Origin: Patescibacteria group bacterium
GTDB lineage: Bacteria; Patescibacteriota; Patescibacteriia; UBA2591; JAQUPP01
Reading direction: 5' to 3'
Assembly (NCBI GenBank): GCA_028716665.1
Contig: JAQUPP010000002.1
Location: 75,717 to 139,716, forward strand
Length of the DNA: 64,000 bases
Below the pieces are notes generated by a model. That model worked only from the letters and a program-made list of their open reading frames with translations, was not told where the DNA came from and did not search any database. Position 1 is the stretch's first letter; every line of letters starts with the position of its first letter. A program made the translations under genes and the position numbers. Of this stretch, positions 18,699 to 26,948 are shown piece after piece.

Positions 18699-18844
18699 GG
18701 ATTATACGAGGCATATTTTTTATTATAAGAGCAGTAATTCTTGTAATAAGAGATTTGATTATGATAATAGGATTTGTATTAGGGGGAATCCTCTTTGTGA
18801 TATGGGTGGGGATATTCGGTTTATTCCGGTCTCATATGGAATAA
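18695..18844 (+). CDS. small hydrophobic protein (49 aa). Its ATG overlaps the stop of the upstream gene (ATGA).
   Basis: Translationally coupled ORF that the 6-frame track missed because it is short. Confidence 0.3.
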   Translation: MRIIRGIFFIIRAVILVIRDLIMIIGFVLGGILFVIWVGIFGLFRSHME

Positions 18845-18905
18845 AAAAATAAAAAAGCCTTTTAACTAAATGTTAAAAGGCTTTTAAATTTGAAGCGGTT
18901 AAAGA

Positions 18906-19151
18906 TTATTTAATGACTTTATTCAAATCTTTCAATAATTCTCCAAGATTTAATTCATATCTTTCGGCTATCATACCGATTCTTAATTTATCCATTTCAA
19001 AACTGGCCATTGGACAGCTTAAACAGGGTAAATTATATTTCATTAAAATTTTTTCCGCCTGGGGATGGCTCAAAATTTCTTTTAAAGTTGTTTCTTCAGT
19101 TATTTTATTTGTCATAATTTTATTTTTTAATGGACGGCGCAAGAAATGCAT
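18906..19151 (-). CDS. DUF1858-like redox disulfide protein associated with hydrogenase or hybrid-cluster protein
   Basis: LPCLSCPMA motif. Overlaps the hydA stop, consistent with translational coupling. Confidence 0.5.
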   Translation of the reverse strand: MHFLRRPLKNKIMTNKITEETTLKEILSHPQAEKILMKYNLPCLSCPMASFEMDKLRIGMIAERYELNLGELLKDLNKVIK

Positions 19152-20380
19152 AAATCATAAGCTCTGACCAGCATTTCTATTTTTTGCCGTTTTTGATTAG
19201 GGGATAATTTTTTTAAACTCGGAATGAATGTTTCCAGGTCTTTTTCCAAATTAAACAGAAATTGAGCAGTCGGAGTAATAATATTGGCCTTAACGATTTT
19301 GCCCTGATTGTCTATTTGATAAGCGTGAATCAGTAGTCCTCGCGGCGCCTCACAGGCTCCGACTCCATATCCGGCTTTAATTTTATAAGATACGCGATAG
19401 ATTTTATTTTTTGATTTCAAATGCTTTTGCAGAAGTTTTTGAGTTTCTTCAATGAGATGGATTATTTCTATCATTTGGGCAGTTACATTATGGAAGGTAT
19501 TATAACAAGGCAACTCAAGTCCTAATTTTTTCATTGCTTGGCGGGCATTTTTATTGAGTTTATTGCCGGCGATATTCAATCTGGCTAATGGCCCGACCAA
19601 ATAAGGCTGCTGATTGCGTTTCACCATGTTTATTATTTCATTCGCTCGTTGAAATTCAATTAATCCTGAGCTGTATTTCTGGGCCGGAATTGATAATTTT
19701 TCCGAAGAAGAAATATTGCCTTCATAGATTGCGTATTCTTTGTTATTTTTAAGTCCGACAAATTCAGTTTTTCTGGAAAATTTATTGATTTTTATTTTTC
19801 CAAACCAGTCAGATAAATCAATGGCGCTGGCTAAAATTTCCGGTTGTTTTTCCAAAAGTTTTTTTAATTTTTCCTGATTCGGAGCTTTTAAAAATCCTCC
19901 GATATTGGCTGACATCGGATGAACCGAACGGCCGCCGATTGTTTCAATCAATTCATTGCCGAATTCGCGAATTTTAATGATATTTTGAAAGGCCGCGGAA
20001 TGTTTTGACATCAAATCCAAGCTGTTTTCCAAGCCAAGATAATCAGAAGAGGCCATTAAAATATGAAGAGCGTGACTTTGAATAATTTGTCCATTAAGCA
20101 TTATTTTTCTTAAATTCACGATTGGCTCGGGAATTTTTATTTTTAAAGCCGCTTCAAGCGCTTTGGAGGCGGTGATACAATGAACAGCCGGGCAAAGTCC
20201 GCAAATTCTGGCCGTAATCAGCGACGCTTCTTCAATTGGCCGGCCAATAAGAATGCCTTCAATTAATCTCGCTCCTTCTTTAACCTCCATTCTGGCTTTA
20301 AGTATTTTACCGTTTAAAATATTCGCTTCCATGCCCGCGTGGCCCTCAATTTTATTTATGTGTTTAATGGTTAAGTTCAT
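19127..20380 (-). CDS. hydA: [NiFe]-hydrogenase large (alpha) subunit, group 3b sulfhydrogenase type
   Basis: N-terminal RICGLCPAVH and C-terminal DLCISCAVH nickel-binding motifs. The likely start is MNLTIKHINKIEGH (20380), not 20446. Confidence 0.8.
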   Translation of the reverse strand: MNLTIKHINKIEGHAGMEANILNGKILKARMEVKEGARLIEGILIGRPIEEASLITARICGLCPAVHCITASKALEAALKIKIPEPIVNLRKIMLNGQIIQSHALHILMASSDYLGLENSLDLMSKHSAAFQNIIKIREFGNELIETIGGRSVHPMSANIGGFLKAPNQEKLKKLLEKQPEILASAIDLSDWFGKIKINKFSRKTEFVGLKNNKEYAIYEGNISSSEKLSIPAQKYSSGLIEFQRANEIINMVKRNQQPYLVGPLARLNIAGNKLNKNARQAMKKLGLELPCYNTFHNVTAQMIEIIHLIEETQKLLQKHLKSKNKIYRVSYKIKAGYGVGACEAPRGLLIHAYQIDNQGKIVKANIITPTAQFLFNLEKDLETFIPSLKKLSPNQKRQKIEMLVRAYDLCISCAVH

Positions 20381-20424
20381 AAGCTTACTAAGTTGATAAG
20401 TATATAAGTTAATAAATTGATAAA

Positions 20425-20778
20425 TTATTTTTGAACTTTTATCCAAGAATTTAACATTTTGCTTACTTCTTCGGTTAAAATAATAATATCTTGATATTTT
20501 GTTTCATCGATATAAGTTAAATCTTTTGATAATAATATTTGATATCTCGTTTCTTCTAATGAACCATTGGCAATCATGTAAAAATGAATTCGATCTTTTA
20601 ATGTTGTTCTTCTAAAACCCTCGACAATATTGGAAGCAATAGATACTGCCGCTCTTCGCAGCTGGCTAGATAAACCATATTTTTCTTCTTCAGGGAATTG
20701 TTTGGTAATTTTATAAATTTTTAAAACCAATTCGTGAGCTTTCTGCCAAACCTTAATGTCTTGAAAACTTTTAATCAT
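20425..20778 (-). CDS. four-helix-bundle protein (TIGR02436, '23S rRNA intervening-sequence protein', Avd-like)
   Basis: KVWQKAHELVL...LSSQLRRAAVSIASNIVEG...RIHFYMIANGSLEETRYQILL is the classic family signature. Confidence 0.7.
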   Translation of the reverse strand: MIKSFQDIKVWQKAHELVLKIYKITKQFPEEEKYGLSSQLRRAAVSIASNIVEGFRRTTLKDRIHFYMIANGSLEETRYQILLSKDLTYIDETKYQDIIILTEEVSKMLNSWIKVQK

Positions 20779-20825
20779 ACTTATCTGCTTAGTTAGCTTA
20801 ATTACTTATTAACTTATCTGCTTAG

Positions 20826-21611
20826 TTAGCTTATCAGCTTCTTAAATTCGTCTTTAACGCCGAATTTTTCCAAAAGATTGTTTAAATCTTCATCGCTTAA
20901 TCCTTGTCTTTTAAAAATTTTTATTAAATTTTTTGCCGCCGGTTTGGATAAAAATCCGCGGCAAGCTGAACAAATCTCTCCGCTTTTTAAGCAAATTGCT
21001 TGGCATCCGCCCAAAGTAATCGGCCCGAGGCAGGGGAGTCCTTTTTGGAGCAGGCAATCATATTCTCTGATTTGGCATTCATAACAAACCGGTCGTTGAG
21101 GAATACATGGTATTTTACCGACTAATAATGAAGCGATTATTTTGGCAATTTCTTTTTTATTCGGCGGGCAACCGGGTATTTCCAAATCTATTTTTACATA
21201 CTCTTTTAAGGGTTTAATTAATGGGTTCTCAATATTTTTTGTTGATTTATAAATCTGTTTAATTAGTTTTTCTCTGTCGCGATAGTTTTTTATTTCCGGA
21301 ATTCCTCCAATGCAAGCGCAAGCGCCTATGGCGATTAAAAATTTGCTTTGTTTTCTAAATTGTTCTAATGTTTTGAGATTTTCTTTTGTTACCACCGAAC
21401 CCTCAACAAAAGCAATGTCAAATTTTGTCGGTGATTTACCGCTTTTTACCAAAGGAAATTCAGTTATTTGCAGTCGATCAACGACGCCCTTGAGAAGTTG
21501 TCCCAGGTTGATAATTTCCATTAAACAGCCGTTACAGGCGGTTAAAGAAATAATGGCAACAGTTGGTTTTTCCCGCCCTAGGCGGGTCGGCTTTGAGTTG
21601 ATATTTATCAT
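20826..21611 (-). CDS. hydD: [NiFe]-hydrogenase small (delta) subunit
   Basis: N-terminal LTACNGC motif and C-terminal Cys cluster. Sits between the hyp genes and hydA. Confidence 0.7.
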   Translation of the reverse strand: MININSKPTRLGREKPTVAIISLTACNGCLMEIINLGQLLKGVVDRLQITEFPLVKSGKSPTKFDIAFVEGSVVTKENLKTLEQFRKQSKFLIAIGACACIGGIPEIKNYRDREKLIKQIYKSTKNIENPLIKPLKEYVKIDLEIPGCPPNKKEIAKIIASLLVGKIPCIPQRPVCYECQIREYDCLLQKGLPCLGPITLGGCQAICLKSGEICSACRGFLSKPAAKNLIKIFKRQGLSDEDLNNLLEKFGVKDEFKKLIS

Positions 21612-21643
21612 AGTAATTATTTTTTTAGAAACACTCAGACAAT

Positions 21644-22285
21644 TTAATTTGTCTGAGTGTTTATGAATTCAAGGGCTCTTAAGGTGCTTTCAAGTAAACT
21701 TTTTTTCTTGGAAGAGTCAAGAATTTGTCGCGCTGTTCTCCAATGTATTGAGATCCAATCGTTGATTTTAAGATTTGGCAAGAGCTTCGGATACCAATTT
21801 ATTTCTATCCTTACTTTTTCGCCAAACGAAATTTTATCCTTAAATTCTAACGGCTGGACTTCTACCACAATTTTTTTTACCAATGACCCTTCTTTTTTGA
21901 TTTCTTTAACTTCACCAAAAGAAATCATGCAATCTTCTATACCGTACTTGATTAAAGTTGGTATCTCGGAAGGTTTTATTTTTGGCATATTGTTCAGGAC
22001 CGTGAAATTGTGATTCAAGGCACTGTTTTTTTGACTTGTCCATTTATATCCAAGCCAATAAGCCTCAATTACCTTGGTGGTGTACGGATTACTGATTTTC
22101 AAAAGCTTAGCAATTGTTCCGTAATAACAGGTGGGTTTCAATTTTGGGAGCGCCTCTCTTGCTTCATATCGGAATTTTTTTCCATTTGAGGCGATAAATT
22201 TTTTGAAAATTTCCGATGTTTTCAACTCTTTATCGCGTTGGCATCCCCAGGAATAAATTGCTGCTAAAATTTCGCCCTTTAACAT
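21644..22285 (-). CDS. hypothetical protein within the hydrogenase operon
   Basis: Overlaps the hypC stop. No recognisable motifs. Confidence 0.4.
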   Translation of the reverse strand: MLKGEILAAIYSWGCQRDKELKTSEIFKKFIASNGKKFRYEAREALPKLKPTCYYGTIAKLLKISNPYTTKVIEAYWLGYKWTSQKNSALNHNFTVLNNMPKIKPSEIPTLIKYGIEDCMISFGEVKEIKKEGSLVKKIVVEVQPLEFKDKISFGEKVRIEINWYPKLLPNLKINDWISIHWRTARQILDSSKKKSLLESTLRALEFINTQTN

Positions 22286-22500
22286 TTTTTACCTCCTTTG
22301 CCCTTTTGGGGCTTTAAAATTTTTAAAGACTCTTTCGCTTCTTTTTGAGATATTTTTTTAACCGCAAATCCATTTTGGGCTAAAATATAATCTCCCTTTT
22401 TAAGTTTCGGCACTAAAGAAATATTTATTTCTTTATTACTGTCCGTTAAAGCTTTATCTTTATTTATCTTAATGATTTTTTGAGGGTTTGCAAGGCACAT
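22279..22500 (-). CDS. hypC: hydrogenase maturation factor HypC
   Basis: MCLANPQKII...VSLVP...GDYILAQNGFA matches the HypC/HupF signature. Confidence 0.7.
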   Translation of the reverse strand: MCLANPQKIIKINKDKALTDSNKEINISLVPKLKKGDYILAQNGFAVKKISQKEAKESLKILKPQKGKGGKKC

Positions 22501-22639
22501 ACCAAATTTTTTAAAATTTTAAGTTATTCATAACGCGAAAATTTTACTAAAAATTTGAGTACCCGCCCAGATTTTTCATTGAAAAACTTGGGCGGGTAAC
22601 GATTTTGTTGCTCCGACTTAACGTCCGGAGACAAAATCG

Positions 22640-23449
22640 TTAAATCGCTCCAGGAATATTTTTTAATTCTTGATAAGAAAAAATTGGGCCGTGCTTGCAG
22701 GCATATTTTGAACCAATACTGCAATGTTGGCAAACGCCGATTCCGCAATGCATTCTTCGTTCCAAAGACAGAAAAATATTCGCGTCATCTAGTCCGGCTT
22801 GTTTTAATTTTTGAATGACAAATTTATACATTACCGGTGGGCCGCATAAAATGGCGGTTGCGCTGCTGTCAACTTTTATTTTATCAAAAAGGGTGGTAAT
22901 CAACCCGACATTTCCTTTCCAATTAGGACATTGTTTGTCCAAAGTGAGCGCCAAATTGGCGGATTTTTGCCAAGTTTTATATTCGTCTTTAAAAATCAAA
23001 TCTTTTGCCTCGCAAGCCCCGTAAAAAATTTGCATTTTGAAATTTTTATTATTCTGATTGGCCAAAATTAACGGTCTTAAAGGAACTAGTCCCAAGCCAC
23101 CGCCGATTAAAAGAATGTTGCCGGTCAGATTTTCGGGAAAGCCATTGCCAAAAGGTCCGCGAACAGTCAGCTGGTCGTTGATTTTTAATTGATGTATTTT
23201 TTTGGTTAATTGGCCTGCCTTGCGGACGCAAATTTGAAAATTTTTATTACTGTCATCCGGATTAGAGCAAACGGCAAAAGGCGCTTCAGAAAAAGAGGGG
23301 AGTCCGACTTCAATAAATTGGCCGGGAATAAATTTAAAATTTTTCTGATCTTCTTTATTTTTTAATTGCAAAGTAAAAAGTATGACTTCAGGCGTCTGTA
23401 TTTTGATATTTTTAATAACTGCAATTTTGGGAAGATAAGAATTTAACAT
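22640..23449 (-). CDS. hydG: sulfhydrogenase gamma subunit (PyrK-like FAD/NAD(P) oxidoreductase with a [2Fe-2S] cluster)
   Basis: Ferredoxin-reductase fold motifs and a C-terminal CGIGVCQHC. Confidence 0.7.
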   Translation of the reverse strand: MLNSYLPKIAVIKNIKIQTPEVILFTLQLKNKEDQKNFKFIPGQFIEVGLPSFSEAPFAVCSNPDDSNKNFQICVRKAGQLTKKIHQLKINDQLTVRGPFGNGFPENLTGNILLIGGGLGLVPLRPLILANQNNKNFKMQIFYGACEAKDLIFKDEYKTWQKSANLALTLDKQCPNWKGNVGLITTLFDKIKVDSSATAILCGPPVMYKFVIQKLKQAGLDDANIFLSLERRMHCGIGVCQHCSIGSKYACKHGPIFSYQELKNIPGAI

Positions 23450-23452
23450 AAA

Positions 23453-24481
23453 TTATTTTTTATTTTTTATGCTTTCTAATACTTCGTGAATCTTAATGCC
23501 GGCCGGGCAAACCATGGAGCATCGGCCGCAGCCAACACAGCCGGGGAAATTATATTCATCTGGGATGCGAACGAATTTATGATAATACCAATTGTAAATT
23601 CTCTCAGCCGTATTTTTTAAAAATTTATGACCGCCGGTTATTTCGGAAAATTCGGCGTAAAAACAAGAATCCCAGCATTTTTTTCTCATTCCCTCGTCTT
23701 TATTTAAGCAAGGTTGATCCGCCAAGCTGAAACAAAAACAAGTCGGGCAGACAATCGTGCATTTTCCGCATTCAATGCATCTTTGATCAAGATTTTGCCA
23801 AATATCGGTTTCAAGCGAGCCGGGCATTTTTTCTTTTATTTTTGTCATTTCCGGATTAGCCCCTTGTTCTTTAATCGGGCCGGCGTATTCAATGTGTTCA
23901 AAATCAGATTTCCAGCCGCTTTGTTTGGTAAAATCGTTTAAAATTTGCTGGCCCTTTTTAGAACCGGTAAAAATTTTAAATTCAGAAGATTTTTTTTCTT
24001 TTGCTTGACCTAAGAAAATATCAAATTGCAAATGTTCCAAAATATCTTCTTCGTATTTATCTTCCCAAACTTTGAAAGACAGAGATTGAAATTGGGGGAT
24101 TTGAGATTGCCCGATAATTAAAGTATTGTTTAATCTGGCTTGATAATACGGATCTTTTTCAAAAACTTGATTATAAAGCAAAATGGCTTTAAGATCAAAA
24201 ATGCTGACTCCGATTAAAGCTTGCTTAAAAGCGGTTAAATCAGCCTTAAAATCGTCTTTTTTGTATTTAAATAAAATCTCCCGTGAAGGCACGAGAAATT
24301 TTTTAAAAGAATATAACGGTAATTGGCCGGAAAAATCAAGCTGAGACGGCTCGTTAATCGGTTTAATCAAAATTTGTCCGTCTTCTTTTATTGGACCAAT
24401 AACAATATAGTTTTTTTCTTGAAGCCATTTAATGAATTTTTGCAACTGTTTTTTATCCATACCAGGTAGTGATCCGCCCAT
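23453..24481 (-). CDS. hydB: sulfhydrogenase beta subunit (two [4Fe-4S] clusters)
   Basis: CIECGKCTIVCPTC and CVGCGRCSMVCP motifs. Confidence 0.7.
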   Translation of the reverse strand: MGGSLPGMDKKQLQKFIKWLQEKNYIVIGPIKEDGQILIKPINEPSQLDFSGQLPLYSFKKFLVPSREILFKYKKDDFKADLTAFKQALIGVSIFDLKAILLYNQVFEKDPYYQARLNNTLIIGQSQIPQFQSLSFKVWEDKYEEDILEHLQFDIFLGQAKEKKSSEFKIFTGSKKGQQILNDFTKQSGWKSDFEHIEYAGPIKEQGANPEMTKIKEKMPGSLETDIWQNLDQRCIECGKCTIVCPTCFCFSLADQPCLNKDEGMRKKCWDSCFYAEFSEITGGHKFLKNTAERIYNWYYHKFVRIPDEYNFPGCVGCGRCSMVCPAGIKIHEVLESIKNKK

Positions 24482-24630
24482 AATTTTACAATAAAATTAT
24501 TAAGGAGGACAATATTTTTTTATTTTAGATAGATTTTATCTATATACCAAGTTGTAATTTTTGGCGGACTACTACCTGGCATAATTTAAACATACCAGAT
24601 TTATTAATTTTGTCAAAATTTTATTCTTGA

Positions 24631-24691
24631 CCCCGCACCTTTTGGCGATGGTATTTTTTAAATGCGAAGCATGTCGCCAAAAGGTGCGGGG
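24631..24691. promoter_or_regulatory. Perfect 18-bp inverted repeat (ccccgcaccttttggcga / tcgccaaaaggtgcgggg) abutting the -35 of the 24692 promoter
   Basis: Read directly. Sits between the divergent hydrogenase operon and the 24778 gene. Confidence 0.6.
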
Positions 24692-24726
24692 TTGACATTT
24701 TCAAAAAATTTTGCTATTATAATAAC
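24692..24726 (+). promoter_or_regulatory. Consensus promoter (GGGGTTGACA-17-TATTAT). Near-identical copy of 18208.
   Basis: Read directly. Confidence 0.5.
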
Positions 24727-24777
24727 AACCAAATAATTAAGTTTGGGGATAGTAGTACACCAAAAAGGAGGTGGAAA

Positions 24778-25227
24778 ATGAGAATAAGTTTAAGCAAAGA
24801 GGACTTTACAACTTTAGTCATATTGGCTCTTTTAGTCATATTAACTTTTCTATTGGTATGGCAATGGCAAATTACTTTGCTAATAACTAAAGGATTAGCC
24901 CTTCCATTAGCCATAATTTATGGATTGGCAACATGGGAATTAAAAGTTAAGCCCCTTTCTCCACGCAGTATTTTTGAAGAAAACTATAAGACAGAAATAA
25001 CTCAAAATGGGATGGTTGGATTCTGGACATGTTTATTGATATTCTTCTTAGCAGCGACTATTACGGATGTTTTAGGTACAATGGGTATAATGACTATGGG
25101 AGATTTATTAGAAACAAAGCATAAATGGCCATGGTTTATAGCGATTGATGTTATTCTTATAGTCTGTCTGTTTATTTCAAAAAGAAGACGGGATAGCCTA
25201 CCATTGAACTCAAAAGAAAAAACTTAA
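24778..25227 (+). CDS. hypothetical integral membrane protein
   Basis: AAGGAGG RBS, four predicted TM helices. Confidence 0.45.
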   Translation: MRISLSKEDFTTLVILALLVILTFLLVWQWQITLLITKGLALPLAIIYGLATWELKVKPLSPRSIFEENYKTEITQNGMVGFWTCLLIFFLAATITDVLGTMGIMTMGDLLETKHKWPWFIAIDVILIVCLFISKRRRDSLPLNSKEKT

Positions 25228-25286
25228 TTCTCAAAAAACAAAAGGTCTTCCGATAGTATTTCGGAAGACCTTTAAAATTAAAAAAT

Positions 25287-25724
25287 TTACTTTTTTCCGG
25301 TTGAGCCGAAACCGCCGCGGGATTTTTCGCTGATTTTTTCCGTTTCTTGCCAAACAACTTTTTTTACCGGGATAATCAAACCTTGAGCAATCCTTTCACC
25401 AACTTCTATTTTTACCAATTTGGCGGAAAAATTATAAGCGGCAAAATTTATTTCATCTGCTGGACCATTAAAATCCTGATCAACAATGCCGATATTATTA
25501 GCCATCATCAAGCCTTTTTTAAATGTTCCGCTTCGGCTGGCAATCAAAAGAAAATGGCCGGCCGGTACTTTGATAATCAGATTGGTCGGTAAAAGTTTAA
25601 TTTCTTGAGGTTTTATTTCTGCGGCAATTCTGGAATAAATGTCAAAAGCTGCGGCGCCTTTTGTCTTGTATTCAGGCAAGGGGAGTGATTTGTCAATTCG
25701 TTTGATTTTTATTTTATTGCTCAT
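25287..25724 (-). CDS. dut: dUTP diphosphatase
   Basis: dUTPase motifs GAAAFDIY, SRSG, GIVDQDFNG, GERIAQ, RGGFGSTG. Confidence 0.85.
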   Translation of the reverse strand: MSNKIKIKRIDKSLPLPEYKTKGAAAFDIYSRIAAEIKPQEIKLLPTNLIIKVPAGHFLLIASRSGTFKKGLMMANNIGIVDQDFNGPADEINFAAYNFSAKLVKIEVGERIAQGLIIPVKKVVWQETEKISEKSRGGFGSTGKK

Positions 25725-25730
25725 ATTTTT

Positions 25731-26339
25731 TTAATGACTCTCGCTCAAAACAATTTCCATTGCTTCCTGGGAAACGCCGAAAATCGGAGCCAAAGGTATT
25801 GCTAAATAAGAATTTTGCGATTTATCATCTGAGATTTTAATAAATTCAGGATTTTGTTTTAATTGGTCAATCAATTTCTTCTTTTCAATTTCCAATTTTT
25901 CGCGCGGCACCAGCAAATAGCCGGCGAATTTGTTGGCTTGGGTTTCCAAATATCCGTATTGCTCAGCCGGTATTTGTTCAACCAATTCGTAAAGCTTATA
26001 AATATTATTCAGTTTAAAAGCGCTGTAAATGTCTTTGTGCAGAATATAATGTCCTATTTCATGAGCAAATGAAAATCTTAATCTGTTTTGCTGCCGATCG
26101 TCTTTATACATGTCGGCGTCAACATAAAGAGTTTGCCAATTAAAAGAAATATGCGCGTCCATATCGCAGTCGCGCCTTAAATTCGGAATGGGAATAATTT
26201 GAATTTTTAATTTACCATCTATAATTTTTTCAATGTCCACCGGCAACAATTCTCCGCAATATCTGTCCCGAAATTCATCTGCCGCTTTTTTAATTTCTTC
26301 TTTACTTATAAATGGCACCCTTATATCGCAATAATCCAT
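25731..26339 (-). CDS. ImmA/IrrE-family zinc metallopeptidase (COG2856)
   Basis: HEIGHYILH HExxH motif in the ImmA/IrrE context. 6-nt gap to dut. Confidence 0.7.
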   Translation of the reverse strand: MDYCDIRVPFISKEEIKKAADEFRDRYCGELLPVDIEKIIDGKLKIQIIPIPNLRRDCDMDAHISFNWQTLYVDADMYKDDRQQNRLRFSFAHEIGHYILHKDIYSAFKLNNIYKLYELVEQIPAEQYGYLETQANKFAGYLLVPREKLEIEKKKLIDQLKQNPEFIKISDDKSQNSYLAIPLAPIFGVSQEAMEIVLSESH

Positions 26340-26347
26340 ATTATTTT

Positions 26348-26725
26348 TTAGGCATTTCTGATTAATTCTATCAAACGATCAATTTCCACTTTGGTCGGTT
26401 TCTCGTTTCTTAAAGTTCGGAAAAATACCGGCAAATATCCAACGGCATCACCTTGAGATAAAATATCTTCCGGGATAATGCCCTGATTTATTTGCGCTTC
26501 GTCCGTGAATTCTTGTAATTCTTTTTCATTTCCGGAAAGTCCCAATGCCTTGGCCCATTTAATCAATGTGTTAGCGTCCGCCGGGGGAGAGATTCGCCCT
26601 CTTTCTATCTTGCTCCAATTGCTCGGATCATAATTGACCAATTTGCATACTTCTCTCAAACTAAGATCATTTTTAATTCGTAATTCTTTCAAAGTTTCGC
26701 CGAATTTTTGCAAGTTTTTATTCAT
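26348..26725 (-). CDS. XRE-family helix-turn-helix transcriptional regulator
   Basis: LKELRIKNDLSLREVCKLVNYDPSNWSKIERG HTH. Immediately upstream of ImmA. Confidence 0.75.
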   Translation of the reverse strand: MNKNLQKFGETLKELRIKNDLSLREVCKLVNYDPSNWSKIERGRISPPADANTLIKWAKALGLSGNEKELQEFTDEAQINQGIIPEDILSQGDAVGYLPVFFRTLRNEKPTKVEIDRLIELIRNA

Positions 26726-26762
26726 AAATTTATTGATTACGTTTTTTATTTTTAAAATTGAC

Positions 26763-26784
26763 CTGTGGTATAACTATACCACAG
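26763..26784. promoter_or_regulatory. Perfect 22-bp palindrome (CTGTGGTATA-AC-TATACCACAG) in the XRE promoter, a candidate operator
   Basis: Read directly. Overlaps the -35 region of the minus-strand XRE gene. Confidence 0.6.
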
Positions 26785-26896
26785 AAAATAAAAAAATACA
26801 AATATCTTGTGGATAACTTTTTGATTCTTAAATAGCTATAAAATTTGAGTTTTCATCTGATGAAATAATTAGAAATTTTCATTTTATTTTAATTTT

Positions 26897-26936
26897 ACTA
26901 AACGTTTTTTCACGGCCGTGAAAAAACGTTTAGTAC
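26897..26936. terminator. Perfect 40-bp palindrome (tactaaacgtttttt-cacggccgtg-aaaaaacgtttagta). Bidirectional terminator-like. Shares its arms with the 56342 element.
   Basis: Read directly. Confidence 0.6.
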
Positions 26937-26948
26937 TTACTTGTTTTA

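Noticed and set aside
20381-20446. N-terminal 22-codon extension of the hydrogenase large subunit in the ORF track (start 20446)
   Set aside because: The extension is encoded by the low-complexity repeat spacer and would overlap the four-helix-bundle gene. The conserved large-subunit N-terminus begins at MNLTIKHINKIEGH (20380).
22524-22748. 74-aa minus-strand ORF overlapping the end of hydG
   Set aside because: Overlaps hydG out of frame and runs into the hairpin-rich spacer. No RBS.
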